A stretch of 64,000 bases of DNA. Source: Eledone cirrhosa (lineage: Eukaryota). Position 1 is the stretch's first letter, and every line of letters begins with the position of its first letter. The DNA is taken from contig OZ024741.1 of the NCBI GenBank assembly GCA_964016885.1, forward strand, positions 335,358,001 to 335,422,000, written 5' to 3'. The notes under the pieces are model-generated. The model was not told the origin of the DNA. It searched no databases and was given only the letters and a program-made list of their open reading frames with translations. Position numbers and translations under genes: made by a program. This document shows, one piece after another, positions 1-12,552 of this stretch.

Positions 1-214
1 AACAGTTGCAATTCCTGGCAGAAAGAGCAACAGGGAAAATAAAGTATCTTGCTCAAGGATATAACACATTGCCTGATCCAGGAATCAAACTGACAACCTC
101 ATGATTGAGAATCTAATTCTCTAGCCACATGTATAGTCAATCTAAATATTTAGTGGGGTTTACTCATCTGGTTTTAAACTTTTCAATAGTCGAATTTAGT
201 AAATTTAGTGTGAA

Positions 215-490
215 ACCACATGGCCCAATGGTTAGGATGCTTGACGTATAATCATGATGTCATTGGTTCAATTCCTGGACAAGGTGCTGTGTTGTGTTCT
301 TGAGCAAAACACTTTATTTCACATTGCTCCAATACACTTAGCTGAGAGTGAGTACCAACAATAGCTGGGGGGAGTTAATCCTGCAAATGACCAATATCCT
401 GTCCAAGGAGAGTCTTGTATGCTCAGTCACTTAATGCCAAAGAAACTGGGGATAAGCACTAGCCTGATTAGCCTTCAGCTTTGAACAGTT
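215..490 (+). mobile_element. Old tRNA-derived SINE
   Basis: A-box-like tggcccaatgg, B-box-like ggttcaattcc, then ttcttgagcaaaacactttatttcac shared with other SINE copies in the window. Confidence 0.6.
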
Positions 491-615
491 TTTAACTAAT
501 AATAGTCAAATGTAGTAAAATGAATAATAAGCCAGGTTTTACCAATTGGCCTCATTCTTTATCAGAAAAATATTATTATTCTCATTAATGACAATATATT
601 TGGTATAAGAGAAAT

Positions 616-950
616 ATGAGGTTCAAATTAAGCCTAAATCACCCATCCTATTTCATACTTACATTTAATACTTAACATTTAATACTTATAATATATATGG
701 TTTAAGACAACAAGTATGAGGTTCAAATTAAGCCTAAATCTCCCATCCTATTTCATATTTACACTTAATACCTATAATATTTATGGTTTAAGACAAGTAT
801 GAGGTTCAAATTAAGCTTAAATTTTCCATCCTATTTTACAGTTACATTTAATAGTTATAATATATATGGTTTAAGACAACTAGTATGAGGTTCAAATTAA
901 GCCTAGATTTCCCATCCTATTTTAGAGTTATGTTTAATACTTATAATAGA
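616..950. repeat. Tandem repeat, ~4 units of 82-100 bp
   Basis: tatgaggttcaaattaagc recurs near 616, 716, 798 and 884. Confidence 0.9.
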
Positions 951-1582
951 AATACAAATGATTTGACAGATCTTGAATAACCTATGCAATTATTTGTTTT
1001 ATTAATTCATTATTGCATATTTGTTTACTTTTCGGTAATCTATAAATGTAGCTTTCTTTAACATACTAGAGGCAGTCCCTGCTTTTCTGAAATATTGCAA
1101 CAAAAGTTGACTTTTTTTATTTTTGTAAATTATCAGTCAATCTCAATCTAGCTTTATTTCATATATTACAGTTAATGTAATCCCCTATTTTCTATATATT
1201 GCAGTCAAAGAGGGCCCCCTTATTTCACATATACTGCATATAATGTGGCCCCCTATTTCACATATAATGCAGTTAATCTCTTTTTCCTTTTGACAATTCT
1301 TCAGACTAAACTAAATCACATTAGTATATTGTAAGTAGTATACATCTAATCTCACACACAGCAAACAATTTAACTCTATTGGAATATAATGCTAGCAGTA
1401 TCCCCATCTGGCTTTATCAGGTATACTGCTGAAGCTAGATAAAAACTGTACAGAACCACATTGTATGGTATATGTATATATGTAGAGAGAGAGAGAGAAG
1501 GAACCTGGACAAAGTCTATTGAGCTTTTTTATTAAGAAGCACAAAAATTAAACATATTTAATATGTTTTGATACCTTATATT

Positions 1583-1625
<43 letters not shown>

Positions 1626-1630
<5 letters not shown>

Positions 1631-1800
1631 AACAAGTATGACAGAGCTCAAGCCGTTTCGACGGCTAATTCTGCATCCAGTATTAGCTGTCGAAACGGCT
1701 TGAGCTCTGCCGTCGGGGTCATACTTGTTCCTATTACCCTAAGTATTGATTACTTTGGTGCGTTATGGTCCATCTGGTTCCTTACCACATTTCCTTCATT
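1626..1800 (+). mobile_element. Fold-back PLE-type terminal remnant in (TA)n
   Basis: Inverted arms ~1626-1668 and ~1682-1733, GAAAC in the arm, tail motif gtattgattac, (TA)n on both sides. Confidence 0.55.
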
Positions 1801-2299
1801 ATATATATATATATATATATTTGTTCCTTGGTGTTAGTTAATCCGTTGTTGGTTTTACCTCAAGAGGTAACTAGCCAAAATTGCCTGAGCTCATGGTCGA
1901 TCCTCTACTTTCACTAATATACCCTCTCTGCATCATACTATGTATTGAGTACTTCTCTGATTTGTGGTTTTCTTGGTCCCTGTACTGCAGATTATTAATA
2001 CATATATATATATATGTGTGTGTGTGTGTGAGTATGTGTGTGTGTATATATATATACATATATATATATACACACACACATACATATATATATATATACA
2101 CACACATATATATATATACATATATATACACACACACATACACACACATATATATATATATATAAATATATATATATATTTACATAGATCTATATGATAT
2201 ACATACCAACACACATATACATCCCTGAAACTATTGTAAAATGACGCCATTTTTAATATAAAGAACTTGTTCTTTGTGTTTATTTCATTCTTTTTATTA

Positions 2300-2338
<39 letters not shown>

Positions 2339-2504
2339 TGGTCTTGTCTGTAAAATCTGTCCAGCCATTCTTTCCTGAGTCATTTTAAACACCTGACCAC
2401 ATCTCCTAAATGTTCTAATATGAAAAAGTGGTAAAACTAAAATAATTTGTAAATTGTCTTTTTCTAGAAAACTACAAAGTTTCATTGCTAAATTGCTTGT
2501 TTGA

Positions 2505-2890
2505 AGCTGTTGTTATTGCTGTCACTGTTATTGTAGGTATATGTAGCTTTTGTTGTTATTGTAGCTGTTATTGTTTTCATTATTAAAGCTGTTGTTGCAG
2601 CTGATGTTGTTGTTGATGTTGTAGCTGTTTTCGTTGTTATTAACAGTGTTATTGTCGATGTAGCTGCTACTGTTGTTGTTTTTGTTGTTGTTGTCTTTGT
2701 TTCTACTGTCATCAATGTTGTAGCTACTGTTGTTTTTATTGTTTTGTTTATTTGATTCATCCTTGTTGTCAGCATTTTTCTTCTTCCTCCTCCTCATCTT
2801 CCTCCTTCTTGTCCTCCTTCTCCTTCTTGTCCTCATCCTCATCCTTCTTCTTCTCCTCCTCCTCACCTTCAGCCCCTCTTCCTCCTCTTA
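2505..2890. repeat. Low-complexity (TTG)n then (TCC/TTC)n
   Basis: Direct inspection; explains the poly-T/N/R ORFs. Confidence 0.9.
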
Positions 2891-2899
2891 TATACATAT

Positions 2900-3288
2900 A
2901 ATTGTTTCTACTTTTGGCACAAGGCCAGCAATTACCCAGTGCATTACTGGTACTTTATTTTATCGACCCCTTAAGGATGAAAGGCAAAGTTGACCTCGGC
3001 AGGATTTGAACTCAGATTGGAAAGGGCCGAAATTCTATGCGTCAAAGCATGACATCTGACCCTCTACCGATACTGCCAATCCACCCTCTTATATACATAT
3101 AATTGTTTCTACTTTTGGCACAAGGCCATCAATTATCCCAGTGCATTACTGGTACTTTATTTTATCGACCTCGTAAGGATGAAAGGCAAAGTCAACTTCG
3201 GCGGGATTTGAACTCAGATCGTAAAGGGACGTAACTATGCTGGAAAGCATGGTGTCTGACCCTCTACCGATACTGCCAATCCACCCTC
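2900..3288 (-). mobile_element. Two head-to-tail SINE copies (family with ...gtgccaaaagtagaaacaatt tail)
   Basis: Both match the family seen at 26128, 33808, 36311, 49674 and 57677; B-box-like gagttcaaatc on the minus strand. Confidence 0.85.
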
Positions 3289-3479
3289 TTATATACATAT
3301 AATGTATATAATTCCTTACCTTCATGTTGAAATGAAACTTACTGTTCAGTTCACACCTATGTATGCTTAGCTGATTTCTGAGGGGTTTTAATGGCAGGAG
3401 CTACATGAAATAATGTGTCTTGTTCAAGATCACAGTGTGCTATCTCATTTATTCATAAGCTACTATAAGCAGGCTCCTC

Positions 3480-4700
3480 TAAAACAGGTAATAGGACCAG
3501 GTTATATATATGTTATCCCATCCAAAGCTGGTAATAGACCCAGGCAAGTTGAGAAATGTTGAAAGCTGGTAATAGACCCAGGCCAAATGTGAAATGCAGG
3601 GCTTTACAAAGCTGGTAATGGGCCCAGGTCAAATGTGAATTATAAGCCCTTACAAAACTGTTAATGGCCCCAGGTCAAATTTGTAATGTATACCCCTACA
3701 AAGCTGGTAATGGGCCCAGGTCAAATGTGAATTTTAAGCCCTTACAAAGCTGGTAATGGACCCAGGCCAAATGTGAAATGTAAAGCCCCTACAAAGCTAG
3801 TAACAGGCAGGCCCTGTCCAAGTGTAAAATGTAGGCCCTTACAAAGCTGGTCAAAGCATGATATCCGACCCTCTACCGATACTGCCAATCCACCCTCTTA
3901 TATACATATAATGTATATAATTCCTTACCTTCATGTTGAAATGAAACTTACTATTCAGTTCACACCTATGTAGGCTTAACTGATTTCTGAGGGGTTTTAA
4001 TGGCAGGAGCTTCAGTCATATCACGAAAAGCTACATGAAATAATGTGTCTTGTTCAAGATCACAATATGCTACCTCATTTATTCATAAGCTACTATAAGC
4101 GGGCTCCTCTAAAACAGGTAATAGGACCAGGTCATGTATATGTTATCCCATCCAAAGCTGGTAATAGACCCAGGCAAGTTGAGAAATGTTGATATACAAA
4201 GCTGGTAAGAGGCCCTGTCCAAATATAAAATGCAGGCTCCTACAAAGTTAGTAATGGGCTCAGGCCAAATGTAAAATGTTGGGCCTCACAAAACTAGTTA
4301 TAGACCCCGTTCAAATGTAAAATACAGGCCCTTACAAATCTGGTAATAAGCCCAAACCAAATATAAAATGCAGATGCCTACAGAAATAATGATGGGTCCA
4401 GGCCAAATGTGAAATGCAGGCCTTTACAAAGCTGGTAATGGACCCAGGTCAAATGTGAATTATAAGCCCTTACAAAACTGATAATGGCCCCAGGTCAAAT
4501 TTGTAATGTATACCCCTACAAAACTGGTAATGGGCCCAGGTCAAATGTGAATTTTAAACCCTTACAAAGCTGGTAATGGACCCAGGCCAAATGTGAAATG
4601 TAAGCCCCTACAAAGCTAGTAACAGGCAGGCCCTGCCCAAGTGTAAAATGTAGGCCCTTACAAAGCTGGTAATGAAACCAAGCCAAATGTGAAATATAGA
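3480..4700. repeat. ~39-40 bp minisatellite (acaaagctggtaatgggcccagg...) inside a local duplication
   Basis: Repeated units at 3480-3850 and 4105-4700. Confidence 0.9.
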
Positions 4701-6874
4701 CCTGACTTTTATGATCTTAGCTATTAATTTTTTCCTATCATCAAATGGAACATTCAGTACTAGACACTACAAAAACAACAACAGCAATAACAAGTGGAAG
4801 ATTCAGTGCTAAAATCTACGACAACATCAGCAATAACAAGTGTTTTAAGGTGATTTTCCCTACTAAAGTGTGAAAACTATGACATAGATGATAACATCAA
4901 TAACAATAACAACAGCAACTAAGCACCAGAATTACACCAACATGAAAACAATCAAATTATACCCACCTACACTTACCAGATTGGTCTTGTACTTACAATG
5001 GAACTAATACATTAATAGATATAGGAATCATGTTCTTTGTATTGTGTTTTCTTATAGCTTAGCAGTTAAGATCTTGGACTTACAATCATAAGATTGTTGG
5101 TTCAATTCCTGAGCCAGGTTTAGTGTTGTGTTCTTGAGAAATATAATTGTTTTAACATTACTCCTTCTGTCAGGTGTTGCAGCATGCAGCAGAAAGTACC
5201 AGTAATGGAAACATAGTTTCCTTGGTCCGATCTGATGGTCGACTCTTTTTCTTTCTTATAGGAAATATCATTAGCTTGATCACTTCTCATTCTATACCTT
5301 CATCATTAGCATCATCATCATCATCATCATCACCATCATTCTTAATATAACTGCTTTCTCATGTTGGCATGGGAAGGATGAGATACTTTTGAAGCTGTAT
5401 TCCATCGATGGAAATCTTTCCTGATGTTATCTCTTTTTTTTTAAAGTATCATACTTATTCCACTGATCTTCACTCATTGAACTGCTAAGCTGTGGAACAT
5501 ATTTTTATGCAAGACATAAACAAACATCCCAGACCAGCTACCCAAGTAGTCTCAATGACATGCAAGCTCCCCTCACACACATATGCATGCTTATATAAAC
5601 AACAAACTTCCATGCAGATTCTGTCTGTCAGATATCACACATAAAACATTAATCAACTCAAATTTATAGTCGAAGACACTTGCTCATGGTGCCACATGGT
5701 GGGATTAAACCCTGGTAACCATGTGGTTGCAAAGCAAATATCTATCTTAATCATAAAACTCAAAGCAATGAATGAGTGCACCCTACTCCCTCTGCTTCAA
5801 TAAACATTGATATATACCCTGATATACATTTTTTGCCTCATACCTTGGTATTTGTGCTGGTATTTTAAACTTAATGTTTGTTTTAACTAAATATCACATT
5901 AAAAAATTCCACAAAATAAAGATAAAAAAAAACAAAAAACAAAGCGAAAAAAATCTTGCCACCATTTGCCAAAGACATTATCAACAAATACAATGCAGCC
6001 TAAAATTTAAATATTTACTTTAAAAAAAAAAGTCTCTTTAAAAAAAATATCTTATGGTTTTTAAGATTCAATTTAATAGCTCTTCAAATTATAAACATTC
6101 CAAGATTGGTTTGCTGAGGTCATAAAAGGCACATAAAATTTGTTGGTATCAGTTTAAGTTTCAACTCAATCTTTCTATCCAATTTACTTTAAACAATTAG
6201 TCTTGCCTTACAATTGGCGTTCCATTATTTTCAATATTCTCTTCTGCACATTTCCTACTCAATTATGTTTTATTACTCACAACTGTACGTTTTAAGACCA
6301 TTACATTGTAGAAATGGGGATTTATTACCAATTAGCCAGCAGACTGGAAGAACTGATGCAATATGGTAAAATTACTAACTGCTTTTCTTTCTGTTTCTCA
6401 GGGAAAAATTTTCATCATGGCTTCTACTTCTATCTAAAACTAAAATGATAGTTAGCGTAAGGTTGTCTTTCCAGAAATTTCCAGTGCTAAATATCTGCTA
6501 GACAGTGAAGAATCTTTCTATTTGAAATTATTTCACCAAGCATTTTATTATTTTATTGCTTTCTCTAGAAGATGTGTGGCTTAATGGTTTAGGTGTTTAG
6601 CTAACAATCATAATGTTGTGAGTTCAAGTCCTAGCAGTATATGTACATTGCTGATAATTAATCAGAATGGGTGGGTTTTCATCAGTATCAAAGATGAGTG
6701 TTCCAGTTGTTTAATCAATGGAATAGTCTGCTTATGAAATTAATGTGTAAGTGGCTGAGCATTCCCCAGACATGTATACTCTTAACATAATTTTCAGGGA
6801 GATTCGGCATAACACAGTGTGTGACAAGGCTGTTTGTTTGAATTACAGGTACAGCACATTTATTATAGTGTAAG

Positions 6875-7072
6875 GGGGGGGGGGCAGTATCAGTAGAGTA
6901 TAAGACAACATGCTTTGCAACATAGAGTTACAGCCCTTTATATTCTGAGTTCAAACCATGCCGAGATTAGCTTTGCCTTTCATCCTTACGGGGTCGATAA
7001 AATCAAATACCAGTAAAGCATATTCCCCTCTACCAAAATTGTTGGCCTCTTGCCTAAATCAGAAATCATTAT
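6875..7072 (+). mobile_element. SINE (TTA-tail family)
   Basis: ggcagtatcagtagag...tttgcctttcatccttacggggtcgataaaat. Confidence 0.75.
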
Positions 7073-9117
7073 AGTATAAGTGGCTGGGCATTCCACAGAG
7101 TGATTCAGCATGCCACCGTGATAGGACTAGCCATTTGAATTACCAGTACCAGTAGTTAATCCAGAAGTCTTCTAAATAGTTTCCATCTAGCCAGTTTCAC
7201 TCACAAGACAGAGTTGACCCATTGCTATGGTAAATGATATGACCAAATCATCACACAGTGGGATTACTTCTTAACCATTTGGCCATGTTGTATCCACAAT
7301 TACCATATATACTCAAATATAAGCTACCCCCCCCCCCACCACCACCACCACCACCACCTATTTTATGTCTCAGAAATAGGTAAAAATCCCAACCACATTT
7401 ATATGAGGAGGCAGATAATCAACACATAATGTTTAGATAGTGTAGTTTTGAAATTTTTATGAGTGGAGAATATATTTATGAAGTTTTAATATTTTGATAT
7501 TTAAAATGTTTTGTGTGTCGTTTAGAGTGTTGTTTCTTTCACAACTCCATTATGTAATGATTTTTTTACCAATTTCCAACTGTCTTAAAAGCCATATTCA
7601 TTCAAATCATTAAAAGCAATAGGAAATATGAATTTCATGTTAAAAGTGAAGCCAGTGTAATATTCCCCTCCAAAGTAAACCCAGTGTAATTTTCACCTCC
7701 AAAGTGAAAATATTTCAGCACCTCATCTATGTGGAGTTTCTAAGTGGGTGAAAATCAGCAAAATATTGACCTCGAATATAAGCTGACCTCCAATTTTAAC
7801 ACCAATTTTTTTTTGTCACATGTTTCTCGACTTATACATAAGTATATACGGTATATAGTTAAGCTTCCAAACAGTTTCACTTACAAGGCATTCCACCATT
7901 TACTGGTGCTAAAGTCTATCCTTTAGAAGGGTTCACTATCTTCCAAAATAGAACCGACAAGATTCTCTGCCAACAATTTGGATTTAATCAGTTTTGTTTC
8001 AGTCATGGCTAATGATATTTAGCACAACTCTTTCTATCTCTCTCATTCTTTTTCTCTATCTCTGTTTTTCTCTTTGTCTCTCTCTTTTTCTCTATCCATG
8101 TCTATCTCCTCCTCTCTCCCCCCCCCTCTCTCTCTATCTATCTGTTCTTCCCTCCCGTACACACACAAACACATATACAGTGGTTAGTGATATTTAACAC
8201 AAAACTTTCTCTCTGTCTCTCTCTTTTTCTCTATCCCTGTATATATATCTCTCCCCCCTCTCTCTCTATCTATCTATCTATCTGTTCTTCCCTTTCCTAT
8301 ACATACACACACATACAGTGGCTATTGATATCTAACAGAACTCTCTCTCTCCCTCCCTTTTTCCCTCTCGCTCTCCCTCTCTTTCTCTCTCTCTCTCATT
8401 CATAAACACACTCTTTTCTCCCTTCTATAACCCTGCTCCTTTACACACAAATACATTCACACATACATACACATACACACATACACACACATACACACAA
8501 AAAAGATGTGAAAACACAAACATATATAAACACTCAGAAATGCACAAACACACTCACAAATGCATACACACACATAAATGCACTTATACACATATAGAAA
8601 CAAACCTACATACATACTCACACTCACTCTATTTCCATGCCTTATATTTTCACCCTCTCTCTTTCTGGCTCTCTGTCACTTTCATCAACTCTCTAATGAC
8701 ACATACACATACAAATACACATACATACATATACACACATACATACACAAACACACTCACATATATGCATATAAATGGAACTGGACACAAATCACTCTCT
8801 CTCTCTCTATAATATATATATATACTATAAATTATGTCCATAGAATCATTTGATAAGATATATACACCATTTCCTTTCCCAATTAGCATAATAAACCACA
8901 CAAAAAACCAATTAAACCAGGCTATAAGATTAAAAGGCACCTATGAAGAAATAATAGATAAATAAACAACAGCCATCTATTCGCGATCAACAGCTATAGA
9001 ATATTTACCCAGCATTTCAATAGCACGTGGAAATCGATTAAATATATCGTCAACCATACACAATTAGGTATAACATTAAAGTTAGAAGAAAAAATGCATA
9101 TACACATACCAGGATTA

Positions 9118-9201
9118 TGTTTCTACCCTTTAGGGTTTCGTTCGCTTTTAGAAATATCCTATCAAGGATAAATTCTCGAGCTTCGAACTCATCAGGAAAC
9201 A
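9118..9201 (-). ncRNA. Type I hammerhead ribozyme, intact core
   Basis: Minus strand: stem I UGUUUC/GAAACA, CUGAUGA, 49-nt stem II GUUC...GAAC, GAAA, stem III CCC-UAAA-GGG, GUA site. Confidence 0.9.
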
Positions 9202-9402
9202 AACTCACTTGGACGAAGATTTTTCTTAAATGATCCTCGCCAGAAACAAATTCAAAATGGCTAAGAACTGTGACGTGGCATGGTCAAATATATATATGTA
9301 TGTAAAAGGTAAACAGAAATAACAACGCAATCGGTACATTATATATTTGAGGGGACGGGCGGGTTGGAATTGGAAAAAATGTCTTTAGATAAAAATATAT
9401 AT

Positions 9403-9918
9403 CATCATCATCATCATCATTTTACGTCTGCTTAATCTGGCTTGATTTCTACAGCTGGATGCCCTTCCTAACACCAACCTCATTTACAGTGAGTGCTGGG
9501 TGCTTTTTTTCCGTGGCACCTACACGTCCACTTTACAGTGTCGGCTGGGTGCTTTTGTGCCGTGGCACCTCCACGACCAGTTTGCAGTGGAATGATAGGG
9601 ACCCCTGTCCTATCATCTCATTTCTACACCTGAGTAAAGTGGAGCAATTTGAAATAATAATAATGAAAATATTGTGTACAGTGTTCAGGTGCACTACAAC
9701 TCATCAAAAAGTGTATGTATAGTACATAGGGTAATGTACAAACGTCAGGAAAATTAACAGTGATGATATACACATGTGTGCATGTGTATGGAAGGGGTAC
9801 ATCAGGTGTAGAAATAAAGTGTCTTGCTCAAGGAAAAAACACATCACCCAGTTGTGAGAATTGAACTCACAACTTTTCAATTGCAAGGCCAATGCTCTAA
9901 CCACTAAGCCATGTGCCT
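9403..9918 (-). mobile_element. tRNA-head/RTE-tail SINE interrupted by another repeat (9652-9812)
   Basis: Matches the full copies at 26331 and 32030; (cat)n tail. Confidence 0.8.
9652..9812 (-). mobile_element. 3' end of a non-LTR element with a (TTA)n tail, family unassigned
   Basis: gatgagttgtagtgcacctgagcactgtacacaataatttcattattatt also near 21525-21735, 25540-25720, 26070, 57640 and 59108. Confidence 0.6.
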
Positions 9919-9927
9919 CTCTCTTTT

Positions 9928-9959
<32 letters not shown>

Positions 9960-10084
9960 TGTATGTATGTATGTATGTATGTATGTATGTATGTATGTAT
10001 GTATGTATGTATGTATGTATGTATTTCGTTTCTGAATTTGTTTAGCAAGATTCTTTATCTGAAAACGTGTGTTGAAACCGATAT

Positions 10085-10548
10085 TGTTATACTTTGGGAG
10101 GGTCATGTTGCCAATAAGAAACACACACACCAGTTGCTTTCACTTCAATTTATTATAAATTAAATTTATAAATTTCCTATTGGTTGGTTGGTTCCACAAC
10201 CAGATGATTGTTCATATATTGTCAAAGTTCTGTCGTCACAGATTCTGTGACCTCTTCAGTGACTGGGGATTCTTTTCTTTGTTTTTGTGCCTCTCCTTTA
10301 TTCTGTCCTACGCCATCTTGTATTTGTGTGTGTTGTGTGCTTAGTTTGCGCATGTGTTACATCCGGGTGTCTGTGTGTGTTTATATTTGTTTATTTATTT
10401 GTTTATTTATTTACATGTTACTGGTTGGTTGTTTGTTCTATGTGTGTTGTGTGTTTTCATTTTGTCCTTAATTGTAAGTTGTGATGTTGCTGTTCCATTC
10501 ATGTTTTCTATTTAATTTTGGTTGGAGCGTGTGTCCCAAAGTATAACA
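10085..10548. mobile_element. 464-bp element with 15-bp terminal inverted repeats
   Basis: tgttatactttggga...tcccaaagtataaca flanked by atat on both sides; partial copy near 41146; decayed HHR-like motif at 10221-10263 (-). Confidence 0.75.
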
Positions 10549-10553
10549 ATATA

Positions 10554-10604
<51 letters not shown>

Positions 10605-10610
10605 CTATAT

Positions 10611-10997
10611 CATCATCATCATCATCATTTTATGTCCACTTTTCCCTGCTTGCAAGGGTGGGACGGGTCCTATTCAGCACATCATCTCTCCAGTTGTCAT
10701 GGTTTTTCATCATCTCCTCCGTGAGCTTCAGCGATCTGAGTTCTGCTCTCACCACTTCTGCCCATGTTTTCGTAGTCTTCCTCTACTGCGTCTTCCTTCC
10801 CCCACACTACAACTTATCACTCTTAAACACAGTTTCTCTCTCAAAACATCCATGCTCGGTCGTTCACGTACATTGACATTGCACATCCAACAGAGCATAC
10901 TTGCTTCATTTCTATCCAGCCGTCGCATATCCTCTGCAGTTGCTGCCCATGTCTCACTACCATGCAGCATCGCACACCTCTCACAGGCATCATATAA
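10611..10997 (-). mobile_element. RTE LINE 3' fragment
   Basis: MLHGSETWAATAEDMRRL peptide, same subfamily as 50692-53300; (atg)n tail. Confidence 0.9.
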
Positions 10998-10999
<2 letters not shown>

Positions 11000-11082
<83 letters not shown>

Positions 11083-11117
11083 TATATATATATCATATAT
11101 ATATATCATATATATAT

Positions 11118-11170
<53 letters not shown>

Positions 11171-11179
11171 TATATATAT

Positions 11180-11222
<43 letters not shown>

Positions 11223-11544
11223 TATATATATATCATATATATATATATATATCATATATATATATATATATATATCATATATATATATATATATATATAT
11301 ATCATATATATATATATATATCATATATATATATATATATATATCATATATATATATATATATATATCATATATATATATATATATATATCATATATATA
11401 TATATATATATATCATATATATATATATATCATATATATATATATATATATCATATATATATATATATATATATCATATATATATATATATATATATCAT
11501 ATATATATATATATATATATCATATATATATATATATATATATC

Positions 11545-11640
<96 letters not shown>

Positions 11641-11776
11641 TATATATATATATATATCATATATATATATATATATATATATATCATATATATATATATA
11701 TATATCATATATATATCATATATATATATATATATATATATATCATATATATATATATATATATATATATCATATA

Positions 11777-11807
<31 letters not shown>

Positions 11808-11813
11808 CATATA

Positions 11814-11844
<31 letters not shown>

Positions 11845-11850
11845 CATATA

Positions 11851-11881
<31 letters not shown>

Positions 11882-11887
11882 CATATA

Positions 11888-11918
<31 letters not shown>

Positions 11919-12065
11919 CATATATATATATATATATCATATATATATATATATATCATATATATATATATATATCATATATATATATATATCATATATA
12001 TATATATATATCATATATATATATATCATATATATATATAGAGATGAATATATATATATATATAT
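11000..12065. repeat. ~1.06-kb (TA)n tract with periodic TCA interruptions
   Basis: Direct inspection. Confidence 0.95.
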
Positions 12066-12123
12066 AAGCAGGGAAAGGCGGACGTAAAATGATGATGATA
12101 TATATATATATATATACATATAT

Positions 12124-12457
12124 CATCATCATCAGTTTACGTCCACCTTTCCCTGCTTGCAAGGGTGGGACGGGAACTGATTCTGGCTTGATTTCTACAG
12201 CTGGATGCCCTTCCTAACACCAACCTCATTTACAGTGAGTGCTGGGTGCTTTTTTGCTGTGGCACCTCCACGACCACTTTGCAGTGGAATGATAGGGACC
12301 CCAGTCCCTATCATCTCATTTCTACAGCTGAGTAAACTGGAGCAATGTGAAATAAAGTGACTTGCCGAAGGAAACAACACATCACCTAGTCTGAGAATTG
12401 AACTCACAACCTTTCGATTGCAAGGCCAATGCTCTAACCACTAAGCCATGTGCCTCC
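12124..12457 (-). mobile_element. Full-length tRNA-head/RTE-tail SINE
   Basis: ggaggcacatggcttagtggttagagc head, gagttcaattc B box, RTE-like 3' end with (atg)n. Confidence 0.9.
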
Positions 12458-12552
12458 AAATTATATATTTGTATATATATTTATATATAAATATTATATA
12501 TATATATTATATATGTATATATATATATATTTGTATATATATGTAAATATAT

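Noticed and set aside
10522-12087. 521-aa ORF and the many other YI/HT/CV-rich ORFs
   Set aside because: Translations of stop-free (TA)n/(CA)n microsatellites
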